Part shown: positions 12,015 to 24,329 of the stretch, in pieces
Layout: every line of letters starts with the position of its first letter
How positions within the stretch are numbered: position 1 is the first letter of the stretch
Made by a program: the position numbers and the translations under genes
Assembly (NCBI RefSeq): GCF_018977255.1
Contig: NW_024704743.1
Coordinates: forward strand, 67,644,001 to 67,708,000
Reading direction: 5' to 3'
Source of the DNA: Callorhinchus milii
Taxonomy: Eukaryota
Length of the DNA: 64,000 nucleotides
Notes under the pieces: model-generated
What the model was told of the DNA's origin: nothing
What the model saw: the letters and a program-made list of their open reading frames with translations, nothing else
Database searches by the model: none

Positions 12015-12410
12015 CATTTTCTCAAACTTTTCTTCTCTCTACCTCTCCTGAAGATGCAGACTCTGACTTGGGCACGGATCTACAGGTGCCAGCAACCCTC
12101 TGGTACCATATTCAAATGATTATTCTTCAAGGGTGATCTGAGAGTGTTAATGAGTTATTTGATTGCAGAAAGGTCAACCCTGACCCTGTTCTTATTCAGT
12201 ATCCATGCACACTTACTTGTCAGCAAGCAAAAAGGAGCAGAAAACCTTGCTGATTTATTTCCCCTTTGGCCAGCCCCATAGTACTCAGACCAATTATAGC
12301 ATTCCAAATGTTGCCTCCAGTGAGATTAAATAAGTTAGTTCATGCCGGGAATCAAGCCTGTGACCTTCCGATCTGCTTGGGTTTGTGCTACACCTCACAC
12401 TGCCCTCAAA
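12015..12410 (-). mobile_element. Old tRNA-headed SINE-like repeat (related pieces near 27175-27440+, 44205-44400+, 50170-50310+)
   Basis: Reverse complement has a box-B-like GGCTTGATTCCCGGC, followed by a body (AGGGGAAA..TCAGC.AGG.TT.CTGCTCC, GGACAGG.TCAGG.T) shared with the other degenerate copies. Confidence 0.55.
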
Positions 12411-13094
12411 GCCTCTATTAAATAAATCAATCCACTGATAATTCATTAACTATGTTATTAACAATCATTATTATTAACTCAAAATATCTACTCCGTATTA
12501 CTGAACACCCAGACTTAGATACAGAGTTAATTAACAATTAAGTAATTTATTTGTTAAACAATTACTGTACAAAGCTATGGGCTTTTAGTTGAAATAGTAT
12601 CTACCATGCACGTTCTGGTGCACTGCATTTTCTCAATGTAAAGGAACTACACAATGCACAAGTGACAACGTTTCATGTGTTCTACTGAATCAAGCATGTC
12701 TATCTTTACCAGGTGTCAATCACACCTTTGTTCTAATGGTTTCTTACCATCTCCTCAGTATATTTAGGAGCAGAACACAAATCTATACTGCAACCAGACC
12801 TAATGTATTCCAGACTGAGTGCTATGCACAACCTTTGTTCCACTTTGGTATGTACTGGAATGATATGCTGGGCAAATTGGTCTGCTAAATACTCCAATTT
12901 CATTACAACTTGTATCTATCAAATACTACTTCACAGGCGCGCTATACACTTGTTATTCTGGCACCAATACATCCCATTAAACCTGAAGCATCTGGACCTT
13001 GTAAATGTACTATCACCAGACTGTACAAATCATTATTGGCGGCAATTGTTTATTTTTCTGTCTTAAAAATGCACCTACATAATAATCACTCCAA

Positions 13095-13288
13095 AACCAA
13101 AAACAATAATAAATTAGTCATTTTAAATCGACGACTGTTTGTGGGACATTGATGTGCGCAATTGGCTGCCGCGTTCGCCCACAAATATACAGTCAATTCA
13201 CTTTACAGTGTGTTCTGTGAAGCGCTTTGGGACGTCTTCCCGATGTGAAAAGCGCTATATCAAATGCAAGGATTATTATTATTATTAC
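13095..13288 (+). mobile_element. Young 5'-truncated SINE with an L2-type-1-like tail
   Basis: CpG-retaining Deu 3' segment, then AGCGCTTTGGGACGTCTTCCCGATGTGAAAAGCGCT and (TTA)n. Confidence 0.9.
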
Positions 13289-13389
13289 ATAAAAAATATA
13301 TCTTTTGCATTCTTAAAAAAGACACAAATATACATTTAAATATGTTTCGAGTATTCTTCAGGAAGGTATATGAAAGTGAGAGGCTTGAA

Positions 13390-13575
13390 TTTTTGGGGGG
13401 CCACCTGGCTGTGTGATACGGAATCCCATCACCATGCTTAAGAGTATTCAAAAATTCCATGCATCCCACATATACATGGCAATTCCAGAGATAGATTGTT
13501 AGAATGGAATATGCACTCTCTCCAGGGAGAGAGTGCGTTCGCATTTGGGTATTGGGACAAAGAGATTGAAAGTGC
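13390..13575 (+). repeat. Unclassified dispersed repeat (other copies about 17965-18140+, 29110-29290-, 36830-36990-, 53580-53860-, 57490-57640-, 60210-60360+)
   Basis: Shared core CATCACCATGCTTAAGAGTATCCAAACCAGACTGAGAGTTCCA...CACCTACACATGGAAATTCC...GGAATGGAATG..CACTCTCTCC recognised in at least 7 degenerate copies on both strands. Confidence 0.75.
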
Positions 13576-13780
13576 AGTTTGTTCTGAAACCCGGTAACAC
13601 CCGATTATCCAAACGATCTCTTTCTGCACTGTAAATTTCTATGATTACTAAATCTAGCCTTTTTTGACAATCCTCAAACCCAGCTCCCCACCTTCTCACC
13701 ATTTCCTTCAATCCATTTACTGTATATTTCCAGAAAATAACATCTATTTGACTCGTGAATCAATCAACATGATGGTTTTT

Positions 13781-14098
13781 CCACCGATGGTAGGCCTGCT
13801 CCATGTCTCCCGCCCGACCCGCCCTACCATCGGCGGCCGGGCTTTCAGCCTCTCTGCCCCACACTCTGGAACTCCATCCCACGGTCCCTTCTCCTCGCTT
13901 CCTCCCTTGCCTCCTTCAAGGCCGGTCTCAAGACCCTTCTCTTCGACCGTGCCTTTGGTCTCCCTCCCACCTCTCTGCCTTCCCTCACCCCTACACCACC
14001 TCTCCCCCATGCTTGGGCCCCGACATCTGACTGTTCAGCGCTTTGGGACATCCTCCCGACGTGAAAGGCGCTCTATAAATGTAATGTTGTTGTTGTTG
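13781..14098 (+). mobile_element. Young L2 3' fragment flanked by a 64-bp direct repeat
   Basis: LLHVSRPTRPTIGGRAFS ORF2 end, type-1 tail and (GTT)n. Flanks 13718-13781 and 14099-14162 match at 60/64. Confidence 0.92.
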
Positions 14099-14338
14099 TA
14101 CTGTATGTTTCCAGAAAATAACATCTAGTTGCCTCTTGAATCAATCAACATGATGGTTTTTCAACAAATAATCTAATCAACAATTATTTGTGGAAACATA
14201 ATGTTTTGTGAACCTACTTGCTTACTCACGAGTTCCTATTTTTCACCTTATGTCAGAATCCCTCCATGCAAATAATTACTATTTTCTGGATATTTGAAAC
14301 CTTCATCACATTGAAAAATCAACTCCCTTCATAATCTA

Positions 14339-14645
14339 TAATAACAATAATAATAATAACAAATTGCATTTGATATAGCGCTTTTCACATCTTCGAGACA
14401 TCTCAAAGCACTTCACAGAATATACTGTAAAGTGAATTGACTGTATATTTGTGGGCGTAATGTGGCAGCCAAATTGCGCACAGCAATGTCCCACAAACAT
14501 TGAAGTGACCAATTTATTTATTTTTCTTGAGGGATTATTATTAGGCGTGTGGCGGGAACTTGCCCAAGGTTTCACCCTGCTGGGAATTGAACCCAGGTCT
14601 CTCGTTTGAGAGGCGAGTGCTCTAACCACTGAGCTACAGGACTCC
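14339..14645 (-). mobile_element. Full-length tRNA-headed SINE, short subfamily A
   Basis: Head GGAGTCCTGTAGCTCAGTGGTTAGAGCACT...GGGTTCAATTCCC (Pol III boxes A and B), CTTGGGCAAG, Deu 3' segment, L2-like tail, (TTA)n. Confidence 0.92.
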
Positions 14646-15645
14646 ATATAAATCTTGAAACTTTCTCATCTCTTTTCTTCATAACTTTTCCTTGTAACCA
14701 AAAATTCTGAGACCCGATGACTTAATTGATCTGCTCTTAGCCTTATGGCCACTGTCTTAAAATTTAAGGTCATGCAACATTTTTGGAAATTCTTGAATTC
14801 ATTCTTAATTCGGTACCAATTCTTCCTAATAGGTTTGGTGGGCGAAACACTAAGGTTCAATTGATGATAATGGTCTTAAGGTGCACAGATGCCAATCTCA
14901 TTTCCGACTTCCATGAACTTGAATCAAGGAAGAAGGTGATACTTGGTTTGTGACAAAAGAAAATCTGAAATAGGCATCTGAGAGGAGTTATGACAAGTCA
15001 TCTTTAGACAAATCAAGGTAATGTGCAGCATTCAATATTTATAAATACTTTATACACATCCTCATAAATTAGACACGGGACCACCTCTTTTAACTTGTAT
15101 CTCATCTCTATATTGATGTGACAAGTATCTTATTTGCCGTTCATTTACTGCAGACTTACTGCGCTGATATTTTCAGTGATTTTTTTCCAGTCATCCCCAA
15201 ATCCCATTCTTGACCACCACACGATTGTTCCATTCATTCAACGTAATCCATTCAAAAACAACAATAATTTGGTCACTCAATCCACAGCTGTTTGTGGAAC
15301 ACTGCTGTGTGCAATTGGCTGCCACATTTCACCCACAAAAATACAAAGTCACCACACGTATATTCTGTGAACCACTTTGAGGCATCTTGAAGACGTGATA
15401 AGGCGCTATATCAAATGCAAGGATTATTATTATTATCATTATTAGTAGTATTATCCTATCTTCATGCTTTAACTGCCATCTGCAAACACCTGGTTTCTCA
15501 AACATTGAAATCCTTTGAATCATTGTTTCTCATTATTGTATAATAACAATCCTTGCATTTGATATTATGATATAGTGATCTTGTCATTGAAACATCTTGA
15601 AGCACTTTACAGGATTTGCTGTAGAGTGTAATAACTGTACATTTT

Positions 15646-15900
15646 ATAATAATAATCCTTGCATTTGATATAGCGCCTCATCACTTCTTCGAGACGTTTC
15701 AAAGCACTTCACAGAATATGCTGTAAAGTGAACTGACTGTATATTTTGTGGGCGAAACTCGGCAGCCAATTGTATACAGCAGTGTCTTGTAAACACTGGA
15801 TTAAGTGACCAATTTATTATTTTTTTAAAGGAATTATTACCCCTGGAAAAGCGATCCACCAATCGACTAACAACCGGGTTCTTACTTACTGCTAGGTAAA
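15646..15900 (-). mobile_element. 5'-truncated SINE, long subfamily B
   Basis: Contains TTTACCTAGCAGTAAGTAAGAACCCGGTTGTTAGTCGATTGG, the Deu 3' segment and the tail. Confidence 0.88.
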
Positions 15901-18167
15901 TTTTGTAGGCGAAAAACTTATTTTCCTGTCAGTTGGTACTCTTTATCATTTTATTAATTCCACTGGCTCGTACTTTCTAGTAATCTATTAAACTACATCA
16001 ATTGCCTGACAATCGTTGACAATTCATAGTGGATATAATTTCTCCTTCGATTGCATGGAACATCCTTGCCAACCTCTGCAATAACATGCACCGCTGAGAA
16101 CAATACTGCCCCCACCAACAGGATGTACTTTAGTTATCGATTGTCTGTGGTTATCGACTGACCTCATTGACCTATTTATCATCAATATGATAATTAACGC
16201 ATCACACATCCCAATTTTCACCCCATTAATACTTGGCAGAGATTCAAAGTCAGTGCTGGACTCAGGGGACAGATATAAATTGCTCAAGCTTGCTCTTCTG
16301 CTTTACGCCACTTGCACTCCTCAATTAGATCACCAACTTGTAATTACTCCCAGATATCTTTTTTTCCCTGACAAAGTAGACATCGTTCAGTTTCAGGTGG
16401 TACTGCAGTCTTTCACAGAGTACAACTGTGATACAATCCTCACTGGAGCACAGGCAGGACAAGTGAAAGAGGGCTCACTGGCTGCGGGAGAGGCAATTAG
16501 AGCACTGTGTGATGGCAGGTTATGTTTACTTACACTTTTTATTGGCTTTGCTACTGAGACTAAAACAACAAGCACCATGTTCTGTAGTGCCTTCTGTACC
16601 TGCTGATGAAAGCAATACAGAGCTGAGCATTTTGTTGTTTTGACAGCTTTCTGATTAAAAATGCATTATGTTGTATTGGCAGCAGGAATAGCTCCAGATT
16701 TCAATATAAATGTTTCTTTAATTAAATCCTCTGGCTGCTTGTTGCCGCCTGGAGTTCGCACGTATGCTTCATACTGTAACAACCCCAAATATGATTAGCG
16801 TCGAGTCTTACAAACCATACTTCTGCCTGGATACACACAGTGAATTCAAAATGCTTCAGCAGTACTTAACGCCAGAGGAAAGCATCACAGCAAAACCAAT
16901 TTTTCATTTGTACATTTAGCCAGTTCCATTGAATGAAACATATCTTTTATTGGTGTTTAAAGTTAGAGGCAGTCAAACTGAGATATGATGATTGGCAATA
17001 GTGCAAAGTCTGCCTCGGGTTCTGAAGCCCACACCACAAGTAAAAGTTGCCTTTCTGAAAAGAATTTAATACTGTGCTTTGTAACCAGCATCTCCATTTT
17101 AGCTAATATTAATTTACGAAAAAAGTTTAGAGTACATTGATGTATCTAACTCTCCTCATTGCAAAGAATTTTGTGTTCACAACTGCCCCAATTCCCTTTC
17201 GGACATGAAATGATGAAATGCAATATCCAATGCAGTAATGTAGTACTGGGAGCAATCCAAGCTGGAGAGAATGAGAACACAGAGTTCTGTTGCCTTTTTC
17301 AGCAATAAGGTGGCCAAGCTGTATACATTCTATATATAAAATAGGAAACTCAATTAAATTGTTATTTGCCTACAAAATACAGTCTACACTTCACAGTAAA
17401 TTGTGTGAGGTGCTTTGAGACATGCTCCTGATGTGAAGGGTACTGCATCAAATGTAAAGATTATTATTATTAGGTGGTCAATTTTTACTTCATAAGTCGA
17501 TTCAAATTGATGAAACTTTAACTTTCTACAACACGTTCCTTTGTTCCTGAAGGCAGGTCTTTGGGCAGTCGAGGTATTAAGGGGTTGGTGAAAGAGTTGG
17601 GCATCAGGATTTGACAATATCTACAAAACCATGATAGAACAGGCCTCATGGGCTGAGTGGCTTCCTCCTGCTCCCATTTTCCTATGTTCCAAACAGTACT
17701 GACAGTGAGGGCCTCTTGCTCATTCTGTAGTAATAGGGATTAAATGGTCACATTTGTTTTTCTCTTATCTTCTCCTCAACTTAATCCTTAATTTACTTTA
17801 CATAACCTTCAAATATTAAATGGCAATTCCTTTGGATAAAGGCAGAATTGTTTTTCCTTCCAGTAGGGAAGGAAAAACACCATAAAATTCATCTTTGTTG
17901 GTTGTGTATTGTAAACTATAAAATGTTACTAAATTATTGATTCTTAACTTTTTATTGTCAGTCAAACATTTGACACATGTGAAAACTCGTCAACATACTT
18001 AAGAGTATCCAAAACAGAGTTCCACAAGTGGATGCCACCTATAGATGGAGATTTTCTTGCGTTTGGAATGGAATGCACACTCTTTCTCTGGGGTGATGCA
18101 TCCTGTTTATCTAATTTTGGGGTGTATTGGGCACAAGATGATAAAATCCAAGATTTGGGACCCCATA

Positions 18168-18748
18168 TAATAATCCTTGCATTTGATATAGCTCCTTATC
18201 TTGCCTTTGAGACGTCTCAAAGCGCTTCACACGGCTTACTGCAAAGTGTATTCATTGTATTTTTTGTAGGCAATCATGGTAGCCACTTAGCACACAGCAA
18301 TGTCCCCAAAATAACCATGAAACAAATGACTAATTTTTATCTTGGGGATTGTTGGACATTACACCAGGAGAAACTCTCTTCTCTTTTCAAATAGTGCCCA
18401 TGAGTTCTTTAACGTCTACATGAACAGATAGAAAGTTTACCCCGGTTTAACTTCTGAACCGAAGAACAACACCTACAGCAATGCAATGCTCAATGAACAC
18501 TGTTCATTTCCCCTCCCTTGCCTTCGACCGTGCCTTTGGTTACCTTCCTCCCCATCCCCCTGGCTCGGCCCCGGGATCCGTTACTGTGAAGCACTCTGAG
18601 ATGCTGTCTGGGGTGGAGGGTGCTATATAAATCCAAGTTGTTGTTGTTGTTGTTAGCCTTGACTATAAGATGAAACTCCTGTCAGGCTGGAGCCTACAAC
18701 TTTCTGAATTGAAGGTGTGAGTGCTACAATGTGAACCAGGCTGACACT
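18168..18748 (-). mobile_element. Near full-length decayed DeuSINE interrupted by a plus-strand L2 type-2 tail fragment (about 18507-18652)
   Basis: Tail at 18168 and Deu domain at about 18340-18460. The insert ends AGCACTCTGAGATGCTGTCTGGGGTGGAGGGTGCTATATAAATCCAAG(TTG)n. A degenerate tRNA head lies near 18680-18748. Confidence 0.75.
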
Positions 18749-19459
18749 TATAGGCTTTTGTGTGCTCTTTTGATATATTTCTGAAACATGAGTGATGATG
18801 CTCACAAAATGTGCTCAATGCTCATACTAGTGAAAAGGTCCTAGTGAAAAGGTCCTTAATTGTGTACTGCCAGCCACAACCCAATCTCACCCCAGCCTAC
18901 TCAACCCATTCTGACTTCCTTTAACCCTATTAATCCGGCTGCTCCCTTCATTCAGTGAGCACCAGCCTGCTTCATGTCCCCGACCATAATCACCCCTCCC
19001 TCAGCAGGCAAGCTTTCAGTCTTTCTGCCCCTGCTATTTGGAAATCCATCCTGGAGTCCTTCTAACTCTCTACATCCTTCTTTCAAGACACATCTCAAAA
19101 TCTACCCTTTTAATCATGCTTTCAGTCATTGATTGACAATAAGGGAAAACAAACTCCAAAAAATGTTTGCTTGTCACAAAATCAGGTGGAATTCAATCCC
19201 AGATTTCTTTTGGAATTACATCTCACAATACTGTTATCTTTACTAGTATTTTCCCAAATAACCCCTGTCCTAAATACAACACCCTGCTCAACATCATGTG
19301 CATTTTACTTTGTGTAGTTACATTTGTGTAAGTGTCATTTGGACCAAATAAAATAGAGAACAAATTGGCCCCGACAGTGAGAATTCCAACAACAGGTATC
19401 AACAGTTTTGATCCTGATTGTTAGAGCATCAAAAAAGAACAATAGAAAAACCCTTATGA

Positions 19460-19745
19460 TGACAATTTACGCTTGTATAGCACTTTCCATGTTGAGAGAA
19501 TGTCTCAAAGCACATCATTAAGGCTGAGCAGAAACTTAAGCTGGGAAGTGGGGAGAGGCAAGTGGCCAAAAGCACAGTCAAAAATCTTCAGGCGGTATTG
19601 AAAGCAGCGAAGATAGGGGCGAGGCAGAGAGATTTTGGGAAAGAGTTTCAGAAGTTGGGGGCAAAGTGTTTGAATGTGCGCCTGATGATGATGGGTGGGG
19701 TGGAGCAACTGGGGGCATAAAGCACACTGGAGTTGATAGAGAGGA
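19460..19745 (-). mobile_element. Decayed L2 3' fragment (another decayed plus-strand piece at about 18955-19128)
   Basis: Degenerate tail and TGGCCAAAAGCACAGTCAAAA...GAGTTTCAGA. Confidence 0.65.
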
Positions 19746-20560
19746 GGAAATGGCATTTGTGTTTGGCCATGCCCGAATTACATCAATCCACCACGGTAAG
19801 TATATGTAATTGTAATTCTATATCTGTCTTGACTCTTCATCTGTGAAATAATTCAAATTTAAACTGGTAAAAAAGAATCCATCTATAAATGGTCATGCAT
19901 GAGCAAACGTACTTAGTGTGTCTTAACCTGAAATGTCCCTATAACAATACAAATTATCAAACTCTTTAATTATACATGCAGAATTGCCGAGGGAATATGT
20001 CATCAACGTGCACTGGATAATAGAACTTGTGTGGAGAATGATTACAAGGCTACACCAGTGTGAAAGCAAACAATTTGTTCGCTCACTCCATGGCTGTTTG
20101 CGGAATATTGCTCTGCACAACTTGCTGCTGTGTTTCGCCCATAAAATAGAGTTAATCCACTTTATAGTATATTCTGTGAAGTGCTTTGAGACGTCTCAAT
20201 AATGTGATAAAGCGCTATATGAAGTGCAAGTTTTATTATTTTTCTTATTATTTTTATATCGTGACTAACAATCTCACTAAGTGAGGTGCTGAATTCTGGA
20301 CAATCTTGTGCTATCCATCTACCGGGAATTGAACTGAAGCTGCCCAACCTCATTGCATTTAACACCATCATACCTGTAAAGAGGCTTTCATTCCATCCAT
20401 CTCAGCAGTATTCAAATAATTGTGCTTGTAACCGTACAGCTCAGCAGTGCAAAGCCTTATTAACCATCATAGTGCATAGTTTGAAATGCATTACCCATTC
20501 TTACTTTGACTCATAGGGTTGAAGACATGTTTACCCCTCCAGCTATCAATGATGCTCAAT

Positions 20561-20943
20561 GGAGTCCTGTACTTTAGTGGTTGGAGCACTTGCCTCGCAA
20601 GCAAGAGATCGAGGTTCAATTCTCAGGCAGGACGAAACATTGAGTACGTTTCCTTACTCCAAATGCTTCTGTTTACCTAGCAGTAAGTAGGAACCTGGTT
20701 GTTAGTCGATTGACAGATGCTTTTGAGTGGTTAATAATTCCTTAAAAAATCTAATAACAATTCGTTGGTTACTTCAATCCAGTGGCTGTTTGTGGGACAC
20801 TGCTGTACGCAATTGGCTGCTACGTTTCACCCACAAAATATACAGTCAATTCACTTTACAGTATATTCTGTGAAGCACTTTGAGACGTCACAAAGACGTA
20901 TAAGGCGCCATATCAAATGCACGGATTGTTATTATTATTATTG
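20561..20943 (+). mobile_element. Full-length tRNA-headed SINE, long subfamily B
   Basis: GGAGTCCTGTA head, box B GGTTCAATTC, CTGTTTACCTAGCAGTAAGTAGG segment, Deu 3' segment, tail. Confidence 0.92.
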
Positions 20944-23900
20944 TATACCTTAGAATGTTGAATTCCTGGAGAAGAAAATACTATAGATTAACTATTGAAA
21001 CACAAAAGTTGTTGTATAGGCATAGAATCTGCCAGTTAAGACCAGATTCTTGAGATGTTACGTCTTCATAATGTAATACAAATTTCACGTAGGAAGCCCT
21101 GTAAAAACACAGTGATTGGGATCCAAAACAGTTCAACTCACACTACAATGAGATGTGATAGTATCTCATTTGTGACAAATGCAATGAAACTGGCTTCTGC
21201 GCTAAAGAAAAAGTGGTTTATTTTTTAGGTCATCGGGTTGACACCAGTTTCAATTCCTGCTTTGTGCCATGCCTAATGATCCAGAATTGGGTCACTTCAA
21301 CACAAAAGCTGAGTACAGGAAAATGCATGCAAGCACAGTGAATGTAGTCCACATGTAGTGCAACTGTGTTAGAATCAAATTTACGCTTCAAAACAAGTGT
21401 GTTTTTTCAGAGCCATACTGTATTACTTGTAACGTCAAGCAAAGGGCATGATTACTCATTGTTAGAGAAATGAGCCATGAGCAATGATTACACAAGCTAG
21501 GGCTCTTCACTCTTGAAATGAGATGTCTCAGGAGAGACCCTTATTGTGTATATAAGATTTCGAATGGGATTGAGAAAGTATTTGCTGCGCTTAATTTGCA
21601 ATATTTTATATCAGGATCACTGTGATAATTAGCACATTGAATTTGTTATGAAATGGCACAAAATTAAGTCGATATTTATTGACTGGTTTCAGATCCAGGC
21701 ACCTCCCTCCGCAGCTTTGTATCAATGGTGTGTTTTGTAATAACTATAACATTTGGATATTGCCTTTCACATTTGGAGCATGTCCGAAAGCGTTTCACAG
21801 GAAATACTGTAAAGTGTAGTGATTGCATGTTTTGTGTGTGAACATGGCAGCCATTTTCCACACAGTAGTAAAAGGGTTTTTGAAATCATTTTGGCCACCA
21901 TCTCCATCTGGAGCACAAAATTGCATTTTTGTCAGTGCAGTAGCATCTAAATGCTGCTTGAGAATATTGCCTCAGTTAAACCTCTATTCTCTCATGATCG
22001 AATTTGTTCTCTGCAACTGGGCAATATATAAATGTAAATTAGTATTCCACCGATTCCCTGGCAATATTTTGAAAGAGAAGGCAGTGTCTCCCAGTCCTCC
22101 AGATAAAATTGGTTATTCACTTCATTGGTATTACCAGGATGTTGTTGTCCACACATTTGCTACAGTGTTTGCCTACAAGATATACAGTGACTACTCTCAA
22201 GAGTAAATTCTGTGAAGCAATTTTAAATGTTTCGGAAATGTAAAAGGTGTTATATCAAATGCAAGTTTCAAATGCAACAATTCTCCAAATTAATTTATCA
22301 TTCACCATAGGGAATAGAGGGATAACAGTGAGTGGGGGGTGGTGGGGGGAAGAGTAGGGGCTCGTGTGGAGGACAGCGACAACACAGACTAGTTGGGATG
22401 AACGGCCTGGTTTGTGGTGTATGACTCTATGTAACTCTACATAATCTCTTTGCTGTTTGTGGAACGCTGCTGCACAGAAATTAGCTGCCAAATTTGTCTA
22501 CAAGCATGCTTTGAGATGTTTTGACCCGAAAGGCACAGTATCAAATGCAAGGCTTATGACTGAACTGTAGAAATTTAGCTAACACAGACTGAATTGAAAA
22601 GTATTCCAAAATTGTGAATGCTCTTAGCTAACACTATGGGAAATGTCAAACCCCTGAGATCTTTGGCTCAGTTCCACTTCAGACAACAGCTTTATTAATT
22701 GAGTGCTCGTGCAACTTCAAAAATATGCTTCATAAATATATTTTGTTACACTTCATATGAAATCTCCAAAAGCAGCTGAACTACAATCAGCAGAATCTAT
22801 CTTATGACATCACATTACAGAAACATCCATTATTATAAATATTCTCACTCTAGATTTTTGCTTGAAAATATTTGACTTTGGATCTAACAAAGAAGTCAAT
22901 GCAAAAACTTCAAAATGCAGAGTATGAAATTCCACCTAAGACTTTTCTGGCTTAAAATTTAAGACATCACATAATTTTGGAAAACTACTCAATTCAGTCT
23001 TAATTTGAAAACCTGTTCTTTTGAAGCACTACGAAAAAAGGCTTGCAAATTGAGAGTGAACTGAAGATTTTTTGGCAATTCTGCTTTATTTTTTAATTTG
23101 AAGACATGATAAGACTAGGTGAAATGTTGAGCCTGTTGACCAAGCTCAGCGGGCTAACAGCATACTTCTGTCCTTATGTTCTTAATGTACCAAGACTCTC
23201 AAGACATTTTAAACTTTGGCATTTTACCACAGTCACCACCATCTCAACTGCAGGTGATAAATTACCATTTGAATATATTGACTTGGCTGAGGGTTTGAAT
23301 CATCTGTTTTAGAAAAAAATACCCAAAAGGTTTAATTAATATTTTTACACAATCGGGTATAAATCATCAGGATGGCTTATGAATTAATATGACAAAAATC
23401 AACCAATTATTAAAAAATGAGGAATGTTAAAAGTCCACAAACCCTTTGCATTTAAGGCCATACAAATTCTTGTTGCACACATTAGTTTTTAATCACCCAT
23501 TTTTCTTGCAACTTATTTAGTCGGAGAATTTTCACAGGTATTTCCAATACTTTATTTTATTGCGATAATTTGTCTCTAGACAGCAAATAATAAGCTCATT
23601 CAAATTTCAAGACCATGTAATTAAATATATATATGGAAAACGGTGAGCCCAGCTGACTAAACACATTCAATTTGACCAACAGTATTTTTCCTGGGACTAT
23701 GCTGACTTTCGCTATAGAGAAAAAACATGTTATTATTCAGAAAATTGTTTTGATATATAGTGAGGTCCTGGAGAGGCATACTTCATAAATACAAGAAACA
23801 ATGCCAGCTAAATTAAAATACATGGGCACCAGGGAACAAAGTCACATATTGTTATTTTAAGATGCCAATATTATTTAAAGCAGTTGAATCTATATGCAAG

Positions 23901-24329
23901 ATCAAGCAGTTGAAGCTTTTTATTAAAGTAGCAAATATTTTAGACAGGTGCAATAGAGAGGACTTTGCATTTTAAACAGCTATGCTATGTGCTCAGCTTC
24001 TGTATTTTTGTTTGTGTGGGTAAGGTGATATAACACAATGTAGCCAGAGGCAGATGTCTGGAAAAAAGGTACATTAGATGTAAAAGACAGAGGAATCAGG
24101 TGTCAGGGGCTTGCTTGGAGCCTTCCAATGGTCTAACTCTAAAGCATGTTTCACCAATGCTATTCAGCACATAACGATTAACTGCAATTGAGCTTCTACC
24201 GTCGTCCATTTGAAAGAGTTCTAGGTAAAGACATCGACTAGGAGAGAGCTCCTAATGCAGGCGAAGCTGGGCAACTTTCTGATTTCTACAGAATGTTAAC
24301 ATACTGTTAAACAGTCCCTGAAATAGAAA

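Noticed and set aside
14570..14645. tRNA-like cloverleaf on the minus strand (also 20561, 32794, 34292, 39955, 45806, 46818)
   Set aside because: These are SINE heads. The anticodon position varies between copies (CTC, CGC, TGC), the acceptor stem is incomplete, and each runs straight into the SINE body.
16569..16591. AGCACCATG...AGTGCC as an RE1/REST site
   Set aside because: The GGACAG core of the right half is missing.
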